A program made the translations under genes and the position numbers. A stretch of 64,000 bases of DNA from Octopus bimaculoides (lineage: Eukaryota), in contig NC_068994.1 of assembly GCF_001194135.2 (NCBI RefSeq), positions 47,661,873 to 47,725,872 on the forward strand. Direction: 5' to 3'. The notes beneath the pieces are model-generated. The model did not search any database, had not been told where the DNA came from, and saw only the letters and a program-made list of their open reading frames with translations. Shown here one piece after another: positions 52,689-64,000 of the stretch. Each line of letters begins with the position of its first letter. Position 1 is the first letter of the stretch.

Positions 52689-55600
52689 GTGCTAAATAGT
52701 GAGGGTTTTGGCAGCACCGAATCTTTAACAGACCCATTCCTAAAATCTCCCCCAACAGAAGAAACTCCCATTTCTTTACCGCCAGCTAACACAGGATGGG
52801 CTGATGACTTTCCATGGGCTTGGGCATACAATGAAGAAGAATCGGCCCCTGGAAAGGACGTTTGTGAAATGCAAACTCGCCTCAGCAATATACATTCTCC
52901 AACTGTGGAGATTCGACAGCCTGGGGCAGGAGACATTACCTCTCTTCAAGAAACAAATGCACTTACAAAGAAAACTTCCGAAACTTCAGATTTGGCAGAG
53001 CACAGTGAAGACAAAGATGGCAACACTGCTTCCAAAGCTGAGGAAGTAAGCAATGGTTTTTTTTATAATGGTATTTGCAGTGATGTAGATGCAGGACTGG
53101 TCAAAGCTACCAGTGACTTAAATGTTGATCATGTGACTAACAACGATTCTCTCGTAGAATCTCCTTCAGCGAATGAAAACTCAAAACTAAAGTATTTAGA
53201 TCGTAGAGAAGAAATATGCCCTAGCAGTGATTATGACACATCAGAGATGTTTGATTCAGGCCTCATGTCAGGTGATCTTAGTATTTCTACCCCCATATCA
53301 GAAACTTCGCATGAGTTTGACCATGAAAGTTTAGATCAATCCGATTTAGAATATGTTGCTCATAGCCAGTCTGATGTAACTAGAGTAGAAAAACCTGAAA
53401 GTGGCAGTGGTGGGGCTTTAGATTTAGGAGTAACTCAAGTCTCTGAAGACAATTACAGTACTGACATCTGTGAAAGTTCTATAACTGTCTCAAGAGATGA
53501 CGTATCTTCAGGCTTAGATTCCCTACAAGGAGACCAGATAAGGTTTAGTCAAGAAATGTCTAGTCTAGTTATAAAGGATGGTTCTCTTTTGGACCAAGCT
53601 ACATTACAAGCCACTAACACAAAAGAGTCTGATCCTTTATCCTTTCAAGAATCTTCAGTTAGCCCAATTTTAAAACAACCCCTAAAAATACAAAGTTTAG
53701 ATGGAGAAGAAACTGAAGATTATGAATTAGAACATACAGGTGAAAAACTGAATTCGCTAGGAGCTAAAGATGTTGTTTCTAGAAGAGACACAAACGTACA
53801 AAAATATGAGGAACTGAAAAGTTCTGAGAAGCTAATACCTGTTGAAGCTGATACCAACATTAGCCTACTCGACTCTGACAGAACACAAAAAACTACCCAA
53901 GAAATTGTCACAAGTGGAGAGGCTGCAGAAGCTTCTTTACAATCTACAGGTAAGCCAGAAGAGACCAAAACTTCAGACACTGTAGATGCCCAATTTAGCA
54001 GGTCTGATTTGGTCACTAATGTTTCCTCTCATACAGAAACATCTAGAGATGAGAGTGAATTAAACAACTTTGAATATATTTCAGTTGATCAAAAAACTGA
54101 TATGAAAATGACTGACACCACTAGTTCCATCTTAGTAAATCAGTCAGATAATATTCCTCAGTGGACTAATTTGGAGGACAAAACTTACCAAGTGTCCTCT
54201 AATCTTGATGACACTCAAACCCTACAACCACACCAATATATTACTGAAATATTATATGATATATGTCCTGTAACTAAAATGACATCAATAAGCAAGGACA
54301 TTATGACAAGCAAAGCTGGTTTAACCCAGCCAGAGACAAAAACATCATCAGAACCAGAAAATAATAGGCTTCCATCACACTCAGAGGAAGTTACTTTGAA
54401 TGTTTCAACTGGATTTGATGGGAGATCTAGTCCCATTGACCAAACTGTACAACCACATTCAGATTCTGTAACTTCAAATTTAGATACAGAATATAATGAG
54501 GTTTGGACAAAGTTTTATTCTCCGCTTGAGGAGGATAATGACTGGAATGAAAAGCCATGTCTTACTCTGAAAGAACCAAGTAAAGACAATAATGACACCA
54601 TGACATACTTACTGAAAGACGATTCTACACAATCTGAACCTTTGGAAAATGAAATAGAGCAAGAAGACATTTGGAAAATGTTTTACAATCCAATATCCAA
54701 CAAGGATTGGGAAGAGAAAGCTTTGAAAATAACCAGAGACAATGAAATTTGGAGGAAATTTTATGAAACAGATGAGAATACAGATGATTATAAATCACTG
54801 ATTGACAGAAATCAATATAGCACTGATTGGAAATACACTGTGTCTGAACCACTTGAAGAAGATCGAAAAGATCATTATATATGGTCAAGATTTTATTCAT
54901 CAGAAGATAGTTTCAAAGGTGTTGGAGACACGAAAACATCTGAAAGAAGAAAAGATCCTCAGGTTACAAAAGTTGAAAGTGACAGCCAGATAGGTGATAA
55001 GATCACTTCAGGAGTTGTCGAGTGCTCATCTCAAGGAACACAAGAACTGCTTGGCATTCATCACAGTGAAGTAAACAACATCACAACACAGGTGTTAATG
55101 GATGGAGATGATTCCCAAGACCCTGAAAGTTCTGGGAAAACAGTTCATTCTGTAGATAGAGAAATAAATACTAACAAATCTCATGAAATTTTCAAGAATG
55201 AAAATGTTTTAGATCCTTCTAAAAATGGAAACAAAGATGCAGTTACAGATGAGAAAAATCTTGAATATTCAGCTCTTGAAGAGGATAATGACTGTGAAGA
55301 GAAAGATCCGTCCAAACTACAAGTAGTTGAATATCATCAATTACCAGTGCAGACGTTCTTAGAATCTTGGAAAGACACTGCATCAGATCCTCTTGAAGAT
55401 GCTGATATTCTAACTAGAAATGCCGAAATACCAAACTATGACACCATTGACGATGGGAAAAACATAAATACTGTGATATATTCAAACATTCCAGACATTA
55501 GTACTCCCACTTCTGAAAATGTTATCAGGGAAGTAGGTGTTTCTAAGGTGATGTCTGTGCAAATTGACAACTTGGAATATTCAGCTCTTGAAGAGGATAA

Positions 55601-58600
55601 TGACTGGGACGAAAAAGGCCCCACATTATTTCAGGTAAAGCATCCAGATGAAAAACCTGTGGAGACTTTCTTGGAATCTTGGACAGACACTGTGTCAGAT
55701 CCTCTCGAAGATGCTGATATTCTGAGCACTGAAGACCACACACCTGATGACGGAAAAACCAAAGACCAAAATGTTAGTACAAAAAGTATTGATGTGAAGA
55801 AATTGGAATCAATATCTACATCAGAGAATATTGTCCACGAGAGTGTTGGTGATGATGTGACATCTGTCAGAATTGAACCATCAGATTACAACTTGGAATA
55901 TTCAGCTCTTGAAGAGGATAATGACTGGAAGGAGAAAGATCCCACTTTGGTTCAGGTAAGAACAAAAGTGGAAGAACCTGCAAAGACTTTCTTAGAATCT
56001 TGGAAAGACACTGTGTCAGATCCTCTTGAAGATGCTGATATTCTGNNNNNNNNNNNNNNNNNNNNNNNNNNNNNNNNNNNNNNNNNNNNNNNNNNNNNNN
56101 NNNNNNNNNNNNNNNNNNNNNNNNNNNNNNNNNNNNNNNNNNNNNNNNNNNNNNNNNNNNNNNNNNNNNNNNNNNNNNNNNNNNNNNNNNNNNNNNNNNN
56201 NNNNNNNNNNNNNNNNNNNNNNNNNNNNNNNNNNNNNNNNNNNNNNNNNNNNNNNNNNNNNNNNNNNNNNNNNNNNNNNNNNNNNNNNNNNNNNNNNNNN
56301 NNNNNNNNNNNNNNNNNNNNNNNNNNNNNNNNNNNNNNNNNNNNNNNNNNNNNNNNNNNNNNNNNNNNNNNNNNNNNNNNNNNNNNNNNNNNNNNNNNNN
56401 NNNNNNNNNNNNNNNNNNNNNNNNNNNNNNNNNNNNNNNNNNNNNNNNNNNNNNNNNNNNNNNNNNNNNNNNNNNNNNNNNNNNNNNNNNNNNNNNNNNN
56501 NNNNNNNNNNNNNNNNNNNNNNNNNNNNNNNNNNNNNNNNNNNNNNNNNNNNNNNNNNNNNNNNNNNNNNNNNNNNNNNNNNNNNNNNNNNNNNNNNNNN
56601 NNNNNNNNNNNNNNNNNNNNNNNNNNNNNNNNNNNNNNNNNNNNNNNNNNNNNNNNNNNNNNNNNNNNNNNNNNNNNNNNNNNNNNNNNNNNNNNNNNNN
56701 NNNNNNNNNNNNNNNNNNNNNNNNNNNNNNNNNNNNNNNNNNNNNNNNNNNNNNNNNNNNNNNNNNNNNNNCAGACACTGTGTCAGATCCTCTCGAAGAT
56801 GCTGATATTCTGAGCACTGAAGACCACACACCTGATGACGGAAAAACCAAAGACCAAAATGTTAGTACAAAAAGTATTGATGTGAAGAAATTGGAATCAA
56901 TATCTACATCAGAGAATATTGTCCACGAGAGTGTTGGTGTTGATGTGACATCAGTCACAATTGAACCATCAGATGACAACTTGGAATATTCAGCTCTTGA
57001 AGAGGATAATGACTGGAAGGAGAAAGATCCCACTTTGGTTCAGGTAAGAACAAAAGTGGAAGAACCTGCAAAGACTTTCTTAGAATCTTGGAAAGACACT
57101 GTGTCAGATCCTCTTGAAGATGCTGATATTCTGAGCACTGAAGACCAAACACCTTATGATGTAAAACCCAAAGACCAAAATATTGACACAAAAGGTATTG
57201 ACGTGAAGAAATTGGAATCAATATCTACATCAGAGAATATTGTCCACAAGAGTGTTGGTGAGGATGTGACATCAGTCACAATTGAACCATCAGATTACAA
57301 CTTGGAATATTCTGCTCTTGAAGAGGATAATGACTGGAAGGAGAAAGATCCCACTTTGGTTCAGGTAAGAACAAAAGTGGAAGAACCTGCAAAGACTTTC
57401 TTAGAATCTTGGAAAGACACTGTGTCAGATCCTCTTGAAGATGCTGATATTCTTAGTTCTGAAGACCAAATATCTGGTGATGTAAAACCCAAAGACCAAG
57501 ATGCAGATTTACCATCTGCATCTCACCACAAAGATGTCACAGATTCTTCTGAAGAGAAGACAACCCATGAGGAAACAGATGTTTGGTCAATGTTTTATAC
57601 ACCTATGACACCTAGAGAAGATGACAATAACTTGAAATATTCAGTTCTTGAAGAGGATAATGATTGGGAAGAGAAAGATGCCACTTTAGTTCAGGTAACA
57701 AGTGAAGTAGAAGAACCTATACAGACATTCCTGGAATCTTGGAAAGATACTGCATCAGATCCTCTTGAAGACGCTGATATTCTCAGTACTGAAGACCAAA
57801 TACCTGATGATGGAAAACCCAAAGACCAAGGTCTTGATACAAAAAATATTGCTACAAATAAATTGGAATGTATATCTACATCTGAGAGTATTGTCCGAGA
57901 GANNNNNNNNNNNNNNNNNNNNNNNNNNNNNNNNNNNNNNNNNNNNNNNNNNNNNNNNNNNNNNNNNNNNNNNNNNNNNNNNNNNNNNNNNNNNNNNNNN
58001 NNNNNNNNNNNNNNNNNNNNNNNNNNNNNNNNNNNNNNNNNNNNNNNNNNNNNNNNNNNNNNNNNNNNNNNNNNNNNNNNNNNNNNNNNNNNNNNNNNNN
58101 NNNNNNNNNNNNNNNNNNNNNNNNNNNNNNNNNNNNNNNNNNNNNNNNNNNNNNNNNNNNNNNNNNNNNNNNNNNNNNNNNNNNNNNNNNNNNNNNNNNN
58201 NNNNNNNNNNNNNNNNNNNNNNNNNNNNNNNNNNNNNNNNNNNNNNNNNNNNNNNNNNNNNNNNNNNNNNNNNNNNNNNNNNNNNNNNNNNNNNNNNNNN
58301 NNCTGCATCAGATCCTCTCGAAGATGCTGATATTCTGAGCACTGAAGAACAAATACCTGATGATGTAAAAACCAAGCAGCAAAATATTGACACAAAAGGT
58401 ATTGATGTGAAGAAATTGGAATCAATATTTATGTCTGAGAATATTGTCCACGAGAGTGTTGGTGATGATGTGACATCTGTCAGAATTGAACCATCAGATG
58501 ACAACTTGGAATATTCAGCTCTTGAAGAGGATAATGACTGGAAGGAGAAAGATCCCACTTTAGTTCAGGTAAGACCAAAAGTGGAAGAACCTGCAAAGAC

Positions 58601-61600
58601 TTTCTTAGAATCTTGGAAAGACACTGTGTCAGATCCTCTCGAAGATGCTGATATTCTAAGTACTGATGATTCTGACAATTTTATGCAATCTAGACATGCA
58701 GAGGTTGTTGCTAAATCTTCAACTTTTCCTATTAAGAGAAATTGGGATTCCGATGACAACATTTATGTGTCTGTTGATGACATTGAAAATGAACTTGGTA
58801 TAACAGAAGTAACTAGAAAATTACCATCTATATCTCACCACAAAATTGTCACAGAATCTTCTGACATATTGTTAGGTTCTTCTAATTCTGGTGGGAAACA
58901 TCAAGCACCTTCTCGAGATATTGAAGAAAATAGGAAAGAGAGTAATTCTGAAAAGGGAGAGATATCTGATGACAAAACATCTGCTGAAAATAACATCAGT
59001 GGTAGACATTTTGATCTTTCTCTCCTGTCAGACTCAATGCTTCAAGACAAAACATTAATATCTCAGAATATTTCTTTTACAGATGAATACAGTATTGATA
59101 GACGTGAGTCTTTTCTAATACCTGATACCAATTTCCGCACAATTGAACGAAGTTCCAAAAGTATTTCCGAAGATTTTATGAAGCCTCATGGATTCTTCCA
59201 GTCAGATACCACAAGTGAATCCAAAAGCATTGATCATATTGATGATTCACCTTCCAAACCTGAAGGTTCTTTGATTAAAGACACTGATATCAAGAAAATG
59301 ACATGTGACACCATCCAATTGGATGAAGAACCTTCAGGAAAAGCAGATGAAATAAAAACTTTGGAAGAAGAGTCTGATGAGAAAGGTGACGATTATGATG
59401 ATCAAGATGATGATGATATATGGTTGACTATGCTTTCTACTTCTCCAGAAAATGGTGAGATGGAAGAGTATGACAAGAATGAGGAAGTGATGTCTGATAA
59501 TGACGACTCATCTACTGACAAAGAAACTAGCAGTCATTATGAATATCAAGATTCAAATGCAATAGATACACAAACTAGTGTCTTTGAGAAAACATCTGTA
59601 CATCAGACAACTGAAGATGGGAAACTATTCTCAGAGAAAGAAATTGTTGAAAGAGAACATCAGGATTTATGTCACAAACAGACAACGGAAGACAGTGAAT
59701 ATTCAGATAAGGAAGATGCCGAATTTGTTGATGCAGAAGAGGAGCTTAAAATGGAGTTTGTTGATGCAGAGGATGGTAGTGAAACAGAAGAAAATACTTC
59801 ATACACTAAAGTGGATTATTCAGCTCTTGAAGAGGATAATGGCTTGAAAGAGAAAGACCCAACTTTAGCTCAGGAAAGACCAGAAGATGAAGAGCCTGCG
59901 GAAACTTCCTTACAATCTTGTGAAGATATAGTGTCAGGTCATCTTAAAGATGTTGATATTCTAAGAACTGAAGATCATCAAATATCTGGTGATTTAAATA
60001 CCAAGGGACAAGATTTTGAAACAAAGGCTTTTGGTAGATTGACTTCTGAAAATGTAGGCAGAGAGAGATTTGATGATCATGATGTGACATCAGTGAAAAT
60101 TGAACCATCAGATGACAACTTGGAATATTCGGCTCTTGAAGAGGATAATGATTGGGAAGAGAAAGATCCCACTTTAGTCCAGGTAAGAACAAAAGTGGAA
60201 GAACCTGTGCAGACTTTCTTAGAATCTTGGAAAGATACTGCATCAGATCCTCTCGAAGATGCTGATATTCTGAGTACTGAAGAACAAATACCTGATGATG
60301 TAAAAACCAAGCAGCAAAATATTGACACAAAAGGTATTGATGTGAAGAAATTGGAATCAATATTTATGTCTGAGAATATTGTCCATGAGAGTGTTGGTGA
60401 TGATGTGACAACATTCAGAATTGAACCATCAGATGACAACTTGGAATATTCAGCTCTTGAAGAGGATAATGACTGGAAGGAGAAAGATCCCACTTTAGTT
60501 CAGGTAAGACCAAAAGTGGAAGAACCTGCAAAGACTTTCTTAGAATCTTGGAAAGACACTGTGTCAGATCCTCTCGAAGATGCTGATATTCTCAGTATTG
60601 ATGATTCTGACAACAATGTGATACACTCAAGACATACAGAAGTTGTTGCTAAATCTTCAACTGTTTCTTGTACAAAACAATGGGATTCCGATGACAACAT
60701 CTATGTGTCTGTTAATGACATTGAAAAGGAACTTGGTATACCAGACAAAACTAGGGATTTACCATCTGCATCTCACTACAAAGATGTCACAGATTCTTCT
60801 GAAGAGAAGGCAACCCATGATGAAACAGATGTTTGGTCAATGTTTTATACACCTATGACACCTAGAGAAGATGACAATAACTTGGAATATTCAGCTCTTG
60901 AAGAGGATAATGATTGGGAAGAGAAAGATGCCACTTTAGTTCAGGTAACAAGTGAAGTAGAAGAACCTATACAGACATTCCTGGAATCTTGGAAAGATAC
61001 TGCATCAGATCCTCTTGAAGACGCTGATATTCTCAGTACTGAAGACCAAATACCTGATGATGGAAAACCCAAAGACCAAGGTCTTGATACCAAAAACATT
61101 ACTACAAAGAAATTGGAATGTATATCTACCTCTGAGAGTATTGTCCGAGAGAGTGTTGGTGATGATGTGACATCACTCAGAATTGAACCATCAGATTACA
61201 ACTTGGAATATTCAGCTCTTGAAGAGGATAATGACTGGAAGGAGAAAGATCCCACTTTAGTTCAGGTAAGAACAAAAGTGGAAGAACCTGCAAAGACTTT
61301 CTTGGAATCTTGGAAAGATACTGTGTCAGATCCTCTCGAAGATGCTGATATTCTGAGCACTGAAGACCAAACACCTGATGATGTAAAACCTAAAGACCAA
61401 AATGTTGACACTAAAGTTATTGCTACAAAGAAATTGGAATGTTTATCTACATCTGAGAGTATTGTCCGAGAGAGTGTTGGTGATGATGTGACATCTGTCA
61501 GAATTGAACCATCAGATTACAACTTGGAATATTCAGCTCTTGAAGAGGATAATGACTGGAAGGNNNNNNNNNNNNNNNNNNNNNNNNNNNNNNNNNNNNN

Positions 61601-64000
61601 NNNNNNNNNNNNNNNNNNNNNNNNNNNNNNNNNNNNNNNNNNNNNNNNNNNNNNNNNNNNNNNNNNNNNNNNNNNNNNNNNNNNNNNNNNNNNNNNNNNN
61701 NNNNNNNNNNNNNNNNNNNNNNNNNNNNNNNNNNNNNNNNNNNNNNNNNNNNNNNNNNNNNNNNNNNNNNNNNNNNNNNNNNNNNNNNNNNNNNNNNNNN
61801 NNNNNNNNNNNNNNNNNNNNNNNNNNNNNNNNNNNNNNNNNNNNNNNNNNNNNNNNNNNNNNNNNNNNNNNNNNNNNNNNNNNNNNNNNNNNNNNNNNNN
61901 NNNNNNNNNNNNNNNNNNNNNNNNNNNNNNNNNNNNNNNNNNNNNNNNNNNNNNNNNNNNNNNNNNNNNNNNNNNNNNNNNNNNNNNNNNNNNNNNNNNN
62001 NNNNNNNNNNNNNNNNNNNNNNNNCTCAGAATTGAACCATCAGATTACAACTTGGAATATTCAGCTCTTGAAGAGGATAATGACAAGGAAGAGAAAGATC
62101 TCACTTTAGTCCAGGTAAGAACAAAAGTGGAAGAGCCTGTGCAGACATTTTTGGAATCTGGGAAAGATACTGCATCAGATCCTCTTGAAGATGCTGATAT
62201 ACTCAGTACTGAAGACCAAATACCTGATGATGGAAAACCCAAAGACCAAGGTCTTGATACAAAAAATATTGCTACAAATAAATTGGAATGTATATCTACC
62301 TCTGAGAATATTGTCCACGAGAGTGTTGGTGATGATGTAACATCAGTCAGAATTGAACCATCAGATGACAACTTGGAATATTCAGCTCTTGAAGAGGATA
62401 ATGACTGGAAGGAGAAAGATCCCACTTTAGTTCAGGTAAGACCAAAAGTGGAAGAACCTGCAAAGACTTTCTTAGAATCTTGGAAAGATACAGTGTCAGA
62501 TCCTCTCGAAGATGCTGATATTCTGAGCACTGAAGACCACACACCTGATGACGGAAAAACCAAAGACCAAAATGTTGACACTAAAGTTATTGCTACAAAG
62601 AAATTGGAATGTTTATCTACATCTGAGAGTATTGTCCGAGAGAGTGTTGGTGATGATGTGACATCAGTCAGAATTGAACCATCAGATTACAACTTGGAAT
62701 ATTCAGCTCTTGAAGAGGATAATGACAAGGAAGAGAAAGATCTCACTTTAGTCCAGGTAAGAACAAAAGTGGAAGAGCCTGTGCAGACATTTTTGGAATC
62801 TGGGAAAGACGCTGTGTCAGATCCTCTCGAAGATGCTGATATTCTAAGAACTGATGATTCTGACAATGTGATACAATCTAGAGACATAGAAGTCATCCCA
62901 ATGTCCTCAACTGTTCCATGTAATGATAAATGCGACATTGGTGATGACATCTATGTGTCTGTTGATGACATTGAAAATGAACTTGGTATAATTGAAGGTA
63001 CTATGGATTTACCATCTGCATCTCACCATAATGAGGCAACAGATTCATCTGAAGCAAAGACAACTAGTGATGAAAATGATGTTTGGTCAATGTTTTATAC
63101 ACCTGTGACACCTGGTGAAGAAGATGACAACTTGGAATATTCAGCTCTTGACGCGGATAATGATTGGGAAGAGAAAGATCCCACTCTTGTTCAGGTAAGA
63201 ACAAAAGTGGAAGAACCTGCAAAGACTTTCTTAGAATCTTGGCAAGATAATGTGTCTGATCCTCTCGAAGATGCTGATATTCTCAGTACTGAAGAACAAA
63301 TATTTGATGATATAAAACCTAAAGACCAAAATGTTGATACTAAAAACATTGCTACAAAGAAAGTGGAATGTATATCTACTTCTGAGAATATTGTCCAAGT
63401 GAGTGTTGGTGATGATGTGACAACATTCAGAATTGAACCATCAGATGACAACTTGCAATATTCAGCTCTTGAAGAGGATAATGATTGGGAAGAGAAAGAT
63501 CCCACTTTAGTTCAGGTAAGAACAAAAGTGGAAGAACCTGCAAAGACTTTCTTGGAATCTTGGCAAGATACTGTGTCTGATCCTCTCGAAGATGCTGATA
63601 TTCTAAGTACTGAAGACCAAATATCTGGTGATGTGGAAACCAAAGAGTTTTCTACATCTGGAGGAAAAGAACATCGCATGAAACATTTAGCTCTTGAAGA
63701 GGTTAGTGACTGTGAAGATAATGTACCTATGGACTCTTCAGTAGAACATCATGAAATACTTGAATATGATTCAATTAGTGATAGTGAAAATGAAGAGAAT
63801 TATTCACCACCTTTACAATTTTCAGCTGACAACGACTGCCATTTAACCCAACTGAACCATGGTTTTGCGGGAAAAAAATCTTTAGTTACAAAAGCTGTAA
63901 ATACTGATGATAATGAAGTTTGGAATATGTATTTTACTTCCCATCAAAAAGACAGTGAATATGCAGAAATAGAGAAGTATCCACTGGAAGATGTGGAAAG
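52689..64000 (+). CDS. TDRKH: Giant coding exon 11 (at least 11.3 kb including gaps): acidic Ser/Thr/Asp/Glu-rich, probably disordered tail with tandem 107-aa repeats
   Basis: Acceptor ttttctaatatttgtaccatttctttacag|GTG, phase 0, 1015 nt after the exon 10 donor. Open in segments 52689-56045, 56772-57902, 58303-61563 and 62025-64000. The frame changes only across N-gaps, and the frame is still open at the window end (YAEIEKYPLEDVE). Confidence 0.8.
56046..56771. other. Assembly gap (726 N) inside repeat array
   Basis: Run of N flanked on both sides by DTVSDPLEDADIL repeat sequence. Confidence 0.99.
57903..58302. other. Assembly gap (400 N) inside repeat array
   Basis: Run of N flanked by repeat units. 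Confidence 0.99.
61564..62024. other. Assembly gap (461 N) inside repeat array
   Basis: Run of N flanked by repeat units. Confidence 0.99.

Larger units (their letters stand above)
55260..63620 (+). repeat. Coding tandem array, 321-bp (107-aa) unit with longer and shorter variants
   Basis: LEYSALEEDNDW-type anchors start at 55260, 55572, 55893, 56981, 57302, 57632, 58506, 59811, 60120, 60441, 60882, 61203, 61524, 62052, 62373, 62694, 63132 and 63453. Most spacings are 321; others are 309, 312, 330, 438 and 441, all multiples of 3. Confidence 0.95.
20133..64000 (+). other. TDRKH: Multi-exon gene model: TDRKH/Papi-like protein (TM-KH-KH-extended Tudor) with giant acidic repeat C-terminal exon; 3' end lies beyond the window
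   Basis: Eleven exons with GT-AG boundaries and matching phases (1,0,1,0,1,0,2,1,0,0) give one uninterrupted reading frame. Domain order TM, KH, KH, Tudor/SN-like is that of TDRKH/TDRD2/Papi. Whether it is the orthologue or a paralogue was not tested. Confidence 0.85.

Noticed and set aside
56046-58302. Apparent frameshifts and stops splitting the giant ORF (ORF ends at 56813 and 58330)
   Set aside because: The frame changes occur only across N-gaps of estimated length; there is no evidence for pseudogenisation in the sequenced bases.
55436-63505. Repeated minus-strand ORFs (MGSFSFQSLSSSRAEYSKL..., MCGLQCSEYQHL...)
   Set aside because: Antisense shadows of the + strand repeat frame; short, stop-interrupted and without independent splice or domain support.
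55260-63620. Possible CRISPR-like repeat-spacer array
   Set aside because: Eukaryotic context; units are 321-bp in-frame coding duplications with homologous rather than unique spacers; no cas genes.

Overview
Eukaryotic, AT-rich, microsatellite- and SINE-dense genomic DNA with 13 N-gaps. The repeat landscape looks like an octopus/coleoid cephalopod draft assembly (inference from repeat style, not a database match). One protein-coding gene is supportable, on the + strand: a TDRKH/Papi-like (Tudor and KH domain) gene. I reconstructed it by hand from 10 phase-compatible GT-AG exons between 20133 and 51673 (1383 nt, 461 codons). They encode an N-terminal transmembrane anchor, KH1, KH2 and an extended Tudor domain. 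These splice in frame into a giant 11th exon (52689 to beyond 64000; about 9.7 kb sequenced plus 3 gaps, no stop codon in any sequenced segment). That exon encodes an acidic low-complexity tail with at least 18 copies of a 321-bp/107-aa repeat, a recurrent [DE]-[VI]-W-x-x-F-Y motif and two tandem FFAT-like motifs. Both KH GxxG loops and the Tudor aromatic cage are degenerate. The rest is intronic or intergenic: tRNA-derived SINEs (several with perfect TSDs), RTE and CR1/L2 LINE remnants, mariner/Tc1/hAT/pogo-type remnants and MITEs, two notable hairpins and many simple repeats. Most short ORFs in the track are microsatellite or gap artefacts. All functional interpretations of the tail are untested inference.
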